Shown here: positions 15,644-24,033 of the stretch, piece by piece | How positions within the stretch are numbered: the stretch's first letter is position 1 | How the letters are laid out: every line of letters starts with the position of its first letter | IMG/VR virus record: IMGVR_UViG_2974778606_000001 | Span: 1-64,000 of that record | Reading direction: 5' to 3' (one strand) | DNA length: 64,000 nt | DNA from: a virus | Lineage: Duplodnaviria > Caudoviricetes | Program-made: the position numbers and the translations under genes | The notes under the pieces: generated by a model | What the model saw: the letters and a program-made list of their open reading frames with translations, nothing else | The model's database searches: none | What the model was told of the DNA's origin: nothing

Positions 15644-16117
15644 TCAGAGCTTCCACCTGGCTCGTCTACGACGACGACGGGATTTCTTTACCTTTATCAC
15701 ACTCAGTATACACAAAGCAACGGCTATCGTCAATACTGTAGGTGATGCTCCGAAGTAGAACAAAACACCAGTGAATCCGAATAGCGCTATACGTAGCTTC
15801 CATAGCCTGCTAATCATACTGGGTCGTCTTGGTGCCGGGCGCGTTGAGCCTGCGAATCGTGCACCTTTGCTTTGGTTACATCTCAAATGAGCTAGGGCGA
15901 CATTTCCCCATACATGGCCAGGCGAATCTTTCCTCCATGAAAGGGGAACGATATGGTCCAAAGACGCAGACCTTGGGTGAGGGTATTTCAGATTACGTCT
16001 TACCCTCTTGCCACACAAGTGACATTTCCAATTTGACTGCGCGTAAACCTGAGCCCTTGTGATGCTTGGGTCATATGGAACGCCATACTCTATGCAACGC
16101 TCCTCATCAGTTTTCAT
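15644..16117 (-). CDS. HNH endonuclease with C-terminal transmembrane hairpin (leaderless)
   Basis: CHLCG..SLDHIVPLS..GHVWGNVALAHLRCNQSKG, then two hydrophobic segments and an Arg-rich tail; TATGAT-6nt-ATG. Confidence 0.8.
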   Translation of the reverse strand: MKTDEERCIEYGVPYDPSITRAQVYAQSNWKCHLCGKRVRRNLKYPHPRSASLDHIVPLSWRKDSPGHVWGNVALAHLRCNQSKGARFAGSTRPAPRRPSMISRLWKLRIALFGFTGVLFYFGASPTVLTIAVALCILSVIKVKKSRRRRRRARWKL

Positions 16118-16135
16118 AACTGAATCATAGCACGA

Positions 16136-16282
16136 TTAAAGACTGTGCTTGCGGACAACGTCTACAAGGTCGTCCAGCAACTCTTCATAGATGTCTTCAT
16201 CGGCAGCGTGGTTATCGTATCCACGGTCTCTGAGAATCTTGTCAAAAGCATCTCTGAAATCCCCAAAGGAATAGATTTCCAT
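16136..16282 (-). CDS. Small acidic protein (48 aa; not in ORF track)
   Basis: MEIYSFGDFRDAFDKIL...; TGATG coupling. Confidence 0.6.
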   Translation of the reverse strand: MEIYSFGDFRDAFDKILRDRGYDNHAADEDIYEELLDDLVDVVRKHSL

Positions 16283-16839
16283 CAGTACCAACCCTTCTTC
16301 TTGAAGGAACTCCATGCATTACAAGGAGTTCCATAACGGTCTTCGATATAGTCAACTCCCCATTCAACTTGAGTAAAGGGGTTTGACTTCCAATCACTAC
16401 CGGCGCTTGCCATCTTCTCAGGAGGCAATGCCTGTGGAATTCCATAAGCTCCTGATGAACTGTTCACAGCTCGATGGTTCCATTCACTTTCCTTTTCCCA
16501 AAGACTCTTCAAGCAAGCGAACTGCTTAGCTCCCACTTGCTCCTTTGCAAACTCTTTAGGAGTCGGCTTGGGAGAAGGCTTTGGTGACAAGGAAGGCTTG
16601 GGAGTAACACTCGGCTTAGGAGTAACTACAGCCGGTGCTTTAGGGGCTTCACTCTTACTCGGTGTCGCTGATGCTGACACAGATGGCCTATCAGCTACTT
16701 GCTCATCAAGAGGGAAGTTACCAGTTTCAGAAATCGCGGTAACAATAGTTGCTGTCGCAACTCCTACGCAAAGAGCAATAGCAGCGATATTGCCTTTGTA
16801 GTCTTTCAAGATTGAACCTCCAAGTTCGAGTCGGTCCAA
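16282..16839 (-). CDS. Membrane-anchored lytic transglycosylase (lysozyme-like)
   Basis: N-terminal TM, P/K/S/T linker, LWEKESEWN..A.NSSSGAYGIPQALP, YIEDRYGTPC; start uncertain. Confidence 0.82.
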   Translation of the reverse strand: MDRLELGGSILKDYKGNIAAIALCVGVATATIVTAISETGNFPLDEQVADRPSVSASATPSKSEAPKAPAVVTPKPSVTPKPSLSPKPSPKPTPKEFAKEQVGAKQFACLKSLWEKESEWNHRAVNSSSGAYGIPQALPPEKMASAGSDWKSNPFTQVEWGVDYIEDRYGTPCNAWSSFKKKGWY

Positions 16840-16866
16840 TGAGACTACAGGGTCAGATGTTCAGTG

Positions 16867-17037
16867 TCAATCCTGGAAGACCAGATGATTGTACTTGATT
16901 ATCTGAACATTCTTAGCACCATCTGCTTCAAGTTCCTTCTTCTCCAGTTCTGCTTCTGGCTTGGATAGAAGTTCATCAGTTTCTTTTACCTTACCATTCA
17001 AGGTATATCTTAGATAAAATCTATGATTTCTATTCAT
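16867..17037 (-). CDS. Hypothetical protein
   Basis: MNRNHRFYLRY...; AAGGAG RBS. Confidence 0.6.
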   Translation of the reverse strand: MNRNHRFYLRYTLNGKVKETDELLSKPEAELEKKELEADGAKNVQIIKYNHLVFQD

Positions 17038-17077
17038 ATTAGTTATATCTCCTTGGGATAGATTAGTAAGAATCTTT

Positions 17078-17159
17078 ATGGAGTTACGTAGTAACTCCAT
17101 CTACTAACATCGTTAGATGTTAGTAGTTAATTTATATAGTCCCGCTTTGAAAAAGCGGG
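17078..17159. repeat. Three adjacent inverted repeats in an AT-rich tract
   Basis: ATGGAGTTAC/GTAACTCCAT (17078-17100), CTACTAACATC/GATGTTAGTAG (17101-17126), CCCGCTTT/AAAGCGGG (17141-17159). Confidence 0.85.
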
Positions 17160-17255
17160 TCTTACACACCCCCCAGAGTCGAAATCTGAAGCAGTGACCG
17201 CAGAGGAAGGTAAGACCCTTGGAGAACCCTTCGACTGTCGCTCGGATTTTTGGGC

Positions 17256-17412
17256 AAAAGAAAATGCCCCAAGAGGCCGCAACTCCTCTCGGGGCATTTC
17301 AAACGAATAACCCACGATGTTGGTTGCGGCAACATCCTGTTCTCCATTCAGAATAGCACAACCAACACCATGGGTCAAATCCACTGTAGTTGAGGCATAG
17401 CTCAACCAACTG
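17256..17412 (-). ncRNA. Putative structured small RNA (~155 nt), family unknown
   Basis: Promoter TTGACA-17-TACGAT; 20-bp helix with 4 G-U pairs valid only on the minus strand; 15-bp terminator stem plus U tract. Confidence 0.7.
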
Positions 17413-17417
17413 ATATA

Positions 17418-17446
17418 ATCGTAGCACAACTCATAGAGCATGTCAA
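17418..17446 (-). promoter_or_regulatory. Near-consensus sigma70-type promoter
   Basis: TTGACA (17446-17441), 17 bp, TACGAT (17423-17418). Confidence 0.75.
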
Positions 17447-17644
17447 CGACTATCTCGGGCACTGCATATGCATGCGACGCTTCTCCTTGACAGTGGCACG
17501 AAGCCTCTCACCAATCTTGATTGGCTTTCCACAGTCTATACAGGGGATGCCAGCATCGTCCTCGGTTGCCTTCCAAGGCTTGTAGACAGCGATGGAAGCA
17601 GCATGACGACCGATTTTTTTCACTTATCCTCCAGAAAGGTAAAT

Positions 17645-18613
17645 ATGGATATCAGCTTTTCAACGATTCCGGGCAATTTGAACACGACCATCGGATATGG
17701 CGTGGCCGGATTCAACATGGTTCGAAGTCTACAGAAGCTAGGACACAGAGTCCCCTTCGCAGACAAGAACTGTAAGATTGAGATTTTCTTTGCTCAACCA
17801 GATTACTGGGAATGGAGCAACCAGTTCTCCTACCATATCGGATACACCCCTTGGGAGTCAACCCAATTGCCACCAGGCTGGCTTGAGAACATGAACCTTG
17901 CTGATGAGGTCTGGACGACATCAGAACTGATTCGCAGATGGTACACAGCAGCCGGTGTGAAGAATGTCAAAGTTTACCCACATGGCATTGACCCTCAATG
18001 GACTCCTAAGAAGAGAAACGTCTATGAGAGGATGCGTTTTCTGCACATGGGAGAGCCTGCACCTCGAAAGGGTGGACAAATGGCAGTCGACGCATTTCGG
18101 GCGGCATTCGGAGACAGCACAGACGTAGAACTGACTGTCAAGGCTCACAGACTTAACAATACCAGGCGCATGCACAACGGTCGTATCCTTGGACCAATCA
18201 CAGACTACAACAATGTAAGACTGGTTACACAGGAATTGCCAGAAGACCATCTCGTCAGCTTTGTGAAGTCTTACCACGTGATGGTATATCCTAGTTGGGG
18301 AGAGGGTTTCGGTCTCATTCCGTTCCAGGCAATCGCCACAGGAATGCCCACAATCTGCACTGAGAAATGGGCGCAATACAAGAGCTATCTGGGACCACTA
18401 GGACTTGATTCAAAGCTCACGGACTCACCATGGCCCGGTGTGCACCCAGGAAAGATGCTTGAACCAAACTTCGATGATTTGGTGGACAAGTACCGATATG
18501 CATACGAGAATTTCGATGCTCTGAGCAATCAATTCTACGCTCAGGCACCCAAATTGCACGAAGAGTACAACTGGGAAAAGCTCACAGAAGCAGCCTTCGC
18601 CCACTTGATTTAA
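17645..18613 (+). CDS. GT-B (family 4-like) glycosyltransferase
   Basis: GYTPWES, DEVWTTS, PHGID, PRKGG, YPSWGEGFGLIPFQAIATGMP; start MDISF with GAAAGG RBS. Confidence 0.85.
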   Translation: MDISFSTIPGNLNTTIGYGVAGFNMVRSLQKLGHRVPFADKNCKIEIFFAQPDYWEWSNQFSYHIGYTPWESTQLPPGWLENMNLADEVWTTSELIRRWYTAAGVKNVKVYPHGIDPQWTPKKRNVYERMRFLHMGEPAPRKGGQMAVDAFRAAFGDSTDVELTVKAHRLNNTRRMHNGRILGPITDYNNVRLVTQELPEDHLVSFVKSYHVMVYPSWGEGFGLIPFQAIATGMPTICTEKWAQYKSYLGPLGLDSKLTDSPWPGVHPGKMLEPNFDDLVDKYRYAYENFDALSNQFYAQAPKLHEEYNWEKLTEAAFAHLI

Positions 18614-18691
18614 GTGGGCGTTTGCTGTAGCATAGTAGAACTACGCGATGATTAGCCGTGTCTGCCAAGCACGGCCGGAAGGGATTTTGTT

Positions 18692-20635
18692 TTGACTTTG
18701 GTTGATGACAAGGGCTTCCTAACGGACCCTTACAGAAACTTCATCCACACCAGTCGATATGCAAGGTACCGTGATGACCTTGGACGACGAGAGACATATG
18801 TGGAAACTGTTGACAGATACATGGATTACATGGTCAACAGCCTTAAAAAGAATCACGATTACGATGTTCCTGAAGCAGACTACAAGCTGGTTCGGGAATT
18901 TATTCTTGAGCAGGCAAGTATGCCAAGCATGCGAGCCATGATGACGGCAGGCCCGGCACTCGATAGAGACAATGTAGCAGCTTATAACTGTTCTTACGTC
19001 ACTATTGACGACCCACGAGCATTCGATGAGACCCTGTACATTCTGATGAATGGAACAGGCGTCGGCTTCTCTGTTGAGGAGAAGTATGTCCGTAAGCTGC
19101 CTGTCATTGCAGAAGAGTTCGAAGCTACAGAAACAGTAATTAAGGTAGCTGACAGTAAGGAAGGTTGGGCACGAGCATATCGTGAACTACTAAGTCTTCT
19201 ATGGGGCGGTCGCGTTCCTCGTTGGGATACCTCTAAGGTACGTCCTGCGGGCGCGAGGCTAAAGACTTTTGGTGGCCGGGCATCTGGTCCAGGTCCACTA
19301 GAGCAGCTTTTTCAGTTCACCATTGACGTGTTCTCAAAGGCGGCCGGTAGGCAGTTGACCTCCCTTGAAGCTCATGACCTTGTATGTAAGATTGCAGAAG
19401 TAGTTGTTGTCGGTGGTGTAAGGCGTTCAGCGCTTATTTCACTTTCTGACCTCAGTGACCTTCGCATGGCTACAGCAAAGTCCGGTAGCTGGTGGGAAAA
19501 CCATCCCCAGCGTTCCCTTGCGAACAATTCAGTTGCCTACACTTCAAAGCCAGACATGACAGCATTCATGGCTGAGTGGAAGAACCTTTACGACAGCAAG
19601 TCTGGCGAAAGAGGAATCTTCAATAGGCAGGCTGCAAAGGCTCAGGCAGCTAAGAACGAAAGGCGAGATGGTAATTTCGACTTCGGAACTAATCCATGTA
19701 GCGAGATTATCCTTCGACCTAATCAGTTCTGTAATCTGACTGAGGTTGTTGTCCGACCAGAAGACACTGTTGAAACTCTGATGCTTAAGGTCGGAGCCGC
19801 CACAATCCTCGGAACGTGGCAGTCAACTCTTACCAGCTTCAAGTATCTTCGTAAGGTTTGGAAGAAGAACACTGAAGAAGAAAGACTGCTTGGCGTTTCT
19901 CTTACCGGCCAGTTCGGTAACAGACTGATGTCAGGCCAGGAAGGCATGAAGGAGCTTAAGGACGCCCTTGAAGCTCTAAAGTACAAGGCTGTTGCAGTAA
20001 ATGCTCAGGTTGCCGATGCAATTGGCATTCCTCGCTCTGCTGCAATTACCTGTGTCAAGCCTTCTGGAACTGTTTCACAGCTTGTTGGCGTTCCTTCTGG
20101 AATGCACACTGAGCATGATGAATTCTACCTGCGAACTGTGCGAGGAGACAACAAGGACCCTCTTACTCAGTTCCTCAAGGACAGTGGAGTTCCAAATGAG
20201 CCTGACGTAATGAAGCCAAACGACACCACAGTCTTTAGCTTCCCGAAGAGAGCAGCAGAAGGTGCGCTCACTCGAAATGACCTTACTGCAATCGAGCACC
20301 TTGAGATTTGGCTAGCTTATCAGCGTCATTGGTGTGAGCACAAGCCATCTATCACTGTTTCTGTAAAGGAGCACGAGTGGATGGAAGTAGGGGCTTGGGT
20401 TTACAAGCATTTCGATGAGGTGTCAGGAATTTCATTCCTTCCATTCTCTGAGCACACCTACAAGCAGGCTCCATATCAGACCATTACCGAGGCAGAGTAC
20501 AAGGAATGGCTTGAGAGAATGCCTGACGAGATTCAGTGGGACCTTCTTCCAACCTATGAGGAAGGCGACAATACGACTGGTTCACAGGAGCTGGCCTGTT
20601 CAGCAGGGGCTTGTGAAGTCGTAGATATTGGTTGA
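18692..20635 (+). CDS. nrdJ: Class II (B12-dependent) monomeric ribonucleotide reductase
   Basis: YNCSY, GTGVGFS, VVVGGVRRSA, TNPCSEI, CNLTEV, TCVKPSGTVSQL, C-terminal ACSAGAC. Confidence 0.93.
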   Translation: MTLVDDKGFLTDPYRNFIHTSRYARYRDDLGRRETYVETVDRYMDYMVNSLKKNHDYDVPEADYKLVREFILEQASMPSMRAMMTAGPALDRDNVAAYNCSYVTIDDPRAFDETLYILMNGTGVGFSVEEKYVRKLPVIAEEFEATETVIKVADSKEGWARAYRELLSLLWGGRVPRWDTSKVRPAGARLKTFGGRASGPGPLEQLFQFTIDVFSKAAGRQLTSLEAHDLVCKIAEVVVVGGVRRSALISLSDLSDLRMATAKSGSWWENHPQRSLANNSVAYTSKPDMTAFMAEWKNLYDSKSGERGIFNRQAAKAQAAKNERRDGNFDFGTNPCSEIILRPNQFCNLTEVVVRPEDTVETLMLKVGAATILGTWQSTLTSFKYLRKVWKKNTEEERLLGVSLTGQFGNRLMSGQEGMKELKDALEALKYKAVAVNAQVADAIGIPRSAAITCVKPSGTVSQLVGVPSGMHTEHDEFYLRTVRGDNKDPLTQFLKDSGVPNEPDVMKPNDTTVFSFPKRAAEGALTRNDLTAIEHLEIWLAYQRHWCEHKPSITVSVKEHEWMEVGAWVYKHFDEVSGISFLPFSEHTYKQAPYQTITEAEYKEWLERMPDEIQWDLLPTYEEGDNTTGSQELACSAGACEVVDIG

Positions 20636-20667
20636 GAAAAGCCCGGTATTCATTACCGGGCTTTCTT
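20636..20667 (+). terminator. Intrinsic terminator
   Basis: AAAGCCCGGTA-TTCAT-TACCGGGCTTT. Confidence 0.75.
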
Positions 20668-20712
20668 GCTTCATAGACAATACCTCCTTATACTATTAAT
20701 CGAAGGAGGTGA

Positions 20713-21744
20713 ATGCAAACAATGGCAACACCAATGACATCCTCACAGATTGTAGCTCAGCTAAAGAAGTGGGGAATCAAGTACGCCGAATACAGAAGCT
20801 GGGAAACTCATAATCGCAATCACATGGGAAAGTGGGGTCCTGTTCATGGATTTATGGTCCACCACACAGGAAGCGATTCAAAGGACCAGCGAGCACTTCT
20901 TTATGACGGTATCAGCGGTCTCCCAGGCCCACTATGTCACTTCGGACTAGCACAGGACGGAACCGTTCACCTTGTTGGATGGGGACGTGCAAATCACGCT
21001 GGTATGGGTGACCCAGACGTTCTATCAGCAGTTGTAAATGAAAGCTATGGAGCCAATCCTCCAGTGGACAATGAGTCTTCTGTTGACGGAAATGCTCGAT
21101 TCTATGGAGTCGAGATTTGGTATTCAGGCTCTCACGCAATGAGCACTGCTCAGTATGCAACACTGCGTAAGCTTGCTGCTGCTATCTGTGATTTCCACGG
21201 ATGGTCAGAAAAGAGTGTAATCGGTCACGGTGAATGGGGAAGCCCAGGTAAGTGGGACCCAGGTATTTCATCTGGAAAGATGATGAATATGGCTGAGGTG
21301 CGTGCAGACGTAAAGACTACCCTTGCGGGAAGTCCTTCAAAGCCTGCTCCATCTGACCCACCACCAACCAAGCCAGATGACGCTGCAACATATCACACAG
21401 TAGTTAAGGGTGATACCCTGTGGTCTATTGCTGAAAAGTTCAAGACCACTGTGGCAAATCTCGTTCGTTGGAACAATCTAAAGGACGCAGAGGAGCTTTC
21501 AATTGGCCAGAAGCTGAGAGTAAAGGCCCCAACTACGACAGGAGGTGGAACAGTGGCAACCAAGGACGCAACCTACAAGTCTGTTTGGGACAAGGATGCA
21601 GCAACCCCACCAAAGGGAAGAGAAACCAAGGAGAATCCAACATGGGCTCCAATGAGTATTCTTCGCGGCATCTATGAGAACCTAGACGCCCTTTCTAAGA
21701 AGGTCGATGACCTTTCTAAGAAGCTTGACGCTCTAGGCAAGTAA
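20713..21744 (+). CDS. Endolysin: N-acetylmuramoyl-L-alanine amidase + LysM
   Basis: MVHHTG, GPLCH, GRANHAG, GVEI, IGHGEW..GKWDPG; LysM YHTVVKGDTLWSIA. Confidence 0.9.
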   Translation: MQTMATPMTSSQIVAQLKKWGIKYAEYRSWETHNRNHMGKWGPVHGFMVHHTGSDSKDQRALLYDGISGLPGPLCHFGLAQDGTVHLVGWGRANHAGMGDPDVLSAVVNESYGANPPVDNESSVDGNARFYGVEIWYSGSHAMSTAQYATLRKLAAAICDFHGWSEKSVIGHGEWGSPGKWDPGISSGKMMNMAEVRADVKTTLAGSPSKPAPSDPPPTKPDDAATYHTVVKGDTLWSIAEKFKTTVANLVRWNNLKDAEELSIGQKLRVKAPTTTGGGTVATKDATYKSVWDKDAATPPKGRETKENPTWAPMSILRGIYENLDALSKKVDDLSKKLDALGK

Positions 21745-21760
21745 GTGTTACAATCTAAGT

Positions 21761-21860
21761 ACAGCCTATGGAAATGAGTCCGGGTTGTCTAGGGCGCTGC
21801 GTGCGGCGCTACTTAGGATGGTTATTTACTGCCAAAGCCCCACTTCGGTGGGGCTTTTGG
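21761..21860 (+). ncRNA. Putative ~100-nt small RNA
   Basis: TTGACG-18-TACAAT promoter (21725-21754), internal GC hairpin, terminator AAAGCCCCAC-TTCG-GTGGGGCTTTT. Confidence 0.45.
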
Positions 21861-21891
21861 CATTTGTCTTCATAATTGATATACTGTTCAC

Positions 21892-23634
21892 ATGTCCTAC
21901 CAACTACAAGTTCTCGCAGATAATCCATTCAGCTATTGGAAGCTGGATGAGACAGGTCCAGCATTCCCGGATTCGGCCGGAAGCATGAGGACCGCTGACC
22001 TGGTGGGAACAATCATTCGTCACCCTGCCCTTGTAACAGGTTCAGGCGGCTCTCTGGTATTGAGTAATACCAACCACCTGGACATGGACGACCCTGTTTT
22101 CAACAAAGGCTACGAGCTACGTCAGTTCTCTCTAGAGGCATGGGTGAAGCCTGTCAACGTCACAGGTGAAGTCAGCATCATGAGTCACAGTTCTACTTAT
22201 GATGGGCTGACCATTACTCCTACCCATATCTATTTCAGAACAAAGTATCTGACGGCCGGTACGTGTGAAGTCTCATATGAATACGAGACTGGTAAGTCAC
22301 TTCACGTCGTAGGTGTCCACACCAATGCCAAGAATTCCCTGTATGTTGACGGAAGTCTTGTTGCCGAAACCGACCTGACTGAAGAACAGCAGGTTGATGC
22401 TTATGCGTTTCTGACCTCTGACCTTATTGGAGGACAAAGCGTCACAGCAAGCACCATTGCCCTTGACGCACCAGCAATCTACTCCTCATCCATTTCCGCA
22501 GAAGCGGTAAAGAGGCATTACAGCTTTGGTGTCGATGTTGACACGAGCGAAGGAATTGCTGGATATCACGATGCAACATTCTGGAACTTCTCTGACGAAA
22601 AGCGCAATGTTGCAGCCTCCAAGGAATGGACTCTGGAGGATGAATGGAAGTCCGGTATTCTGACAGATGTCGCTGTGGCAAACGATACCATCGTACCTTC
22701 ATATACTCAGACAGAGGCAGAGGTTGTAGAAGATGGTCTCATTGTTCCTGTTTATACAAACACTTCATTGCCGGGCGTCTGGCAGACCAGCGTCTCTTTG
22801 GGCGAAGTTCCAGAATCAACGCTGGCAGATATGAGAATCACTTGGTTCGGTGAAGGAGATTTCACAGTTGAGTATTCATTGGACGACGGAACGACATGGA
22901 AGAATCCAAACCTCGCCCCAACAGAGTCCTTGGACAATGCAGACGTAATCGATATCCGCATTACCTTTGATGGAGGTATTGTCGATGACCCTAGCTACGT
23001 AAGCTCACTCTATCTGGTTGTTTATATAGACAAGGCATTCATTGGAAGCCGAGCAGACCGTGCTGCCTCAATGTCAGGAAATGGCCTGGCAAGCAGACAA
23101 TATTTCGAGCCAATCGAATACGCAGACTTCAATGGAATCAAGCTTATGTCAGGTGCAATCAACACAACTGTAGATGCATCGTACGATGGCGAAGAGGAGC
23201 CTGGTGATTTGGATATCACAGGCTTTGATATGTGGATAAAGCCGGTAGCTGGAAATATCCTTTCAGGCACAGGTATCAGCATCACTCGTTCAGGAAACAC
23301 CATTGTATTCTCTGGACTGAGTAATGTGGTAGTCAATGGAGTTTCAGTGACAAGCGGAGCCACAGTCTTCACCTCAGATAGCTGGTATCATATCTCTGGC
23401 ATCTTCACCACGCCAGGCAATTACGCATTGACTGTGGGAGCAGCTAATGCCTTCGTGAGCCAGTTCTCTGTCATCGGAGCAGCACTCACCCTGACTGGAT
23501 TGCAGCAGCTATATGCAGCCTACCTTGGATTGCCAGGTCTTGTCGTGGAAGACAATTCTGCGATTGAAATTTCCGAATCCACACCTGCAACCAATCTTTA
23601 TGCTCATGTCTGGGGAATCACCCCGGCAGGATAA
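21892..23634 (+). CDS. LamG/concanavalin-A-like domain virion protein
   Basis: VLADNPFSYWKLDE, FSLEAWVKP, HVVGV...LYVDG. Confidence 0.75.
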   Translation: MSYQLQVLADNPFSYWKLDETGPAFPDSAGSMRTADLVGTIIRHPALVTGSGGSLVLSNTNHLDMDDPVFNKGYELRQFSLEAWVKPVNVTGEVSIMSHSSTYDGLTITPTHIYFRTKYLTAGTCEVSYEYETGKSLHVVGVHTNAKNSLYVDGSLVAETDLTEEQQVDAYAFLTSDLIGGQSVTASTIALDAPAIYSSSISAEAVKRHYSFGVDVDTSEGIAGYHDATFWNFSDEKRNVAASKEWTLEDEWKSGILTDVAVANDTIVPSYTQTEAEVVEDGLIVPVYTNTSLPGVWQTSVSLGEVPESTLADMRITWFGEGDFTVEYSLDDGTTWKNPNLAPTESLDNADVIDIRITFDGGIVDDPSYVSSLYLVVYIDKAFIGSRADRAASMSGNGLASRQYFEPIEYADFNGIKLMSGAINTTVDASYDGEEEPGDLDITGFDMWIKPVAGNILSGTGISITRSGNTIVFSGLSNVVVNGVSVTSGATVFTSDSWYHISGIFTTPGNYALTVGAANAFVSQFSVIGAALTLTGLQQLYAAYLGLPGLVVEDNSAIEISESTPATNLYAHVWGITPAG

Positions 23635-23636
23635 CG

Positions 23637-23664
23637 AAAAAGCCCTCATGTCGAGGGCTTTTTT
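23637..23664 (+). terminator. Intrinsic terminator
   Basis: AAAAGCCCTC-ATGTC-GAGGGCTTTTTT. Confidence 0.75.
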
Positions 23665-23697
23665 GCTTAATAACGCCAATGTCCTTAAGATATCAGT

Positions 23698-24033
23698 ATG
23701 AAAAAGACCAGAATGCAGACAGTAGATGAGGCTGCGTATGGAGTTTATGTTTGGGAAATGCCTGATGGCCGATGGGTCGGAGACGACGACGGCAACTGGC
23801 TTTCCATTGCAGCTATGAAGGGTGACCTCAAGCGCATCAACGAACTTACTCAGGCAGCTCGTCATTATGGAATCATGGTCGGACAGCCACTGTTTCTCTC
23901 AGGTCATCGAAAGATTGATGATGAGGAATTCGAATATCAGAAGCAGCGTCAGGCGTTCGGACTGATTCCGGATGAGAATGACATCCCAGCTCTCGTAAGT
24001 GAGCAGATTTACAAGGAGCACAATGACCAGTAA
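23698..24033 (+). CDS. Hypothetical protein upstream of portal (leaderless)
   Basis: 111 aa; TAAGAT-6nt-ATG. Confidence 0.75.
   Translation: MKKTRMQTVDEAAYGVYVWEMPDGRWVGDDDGNWLSIAAMKGDLKRINELTQAARHYGIMVGQPLFLSGHRKIDDEEFEYQKQRQAFGLIPDENDIPALVSEQIYKEHNDQ

Noticed and set aside
16560-16640. PKPS/VTPK repeats in the transglycosylase gene
   Set aside because: Ordinary in-frame Pro-rich protein linker, unlike the frame-independent motif cluster at 13.6-14.0 kb.
17127-17462. 111-aa minus-strand ORF
   Set aside because: Spans a promoter and a terminator; better explained as structured RNA.
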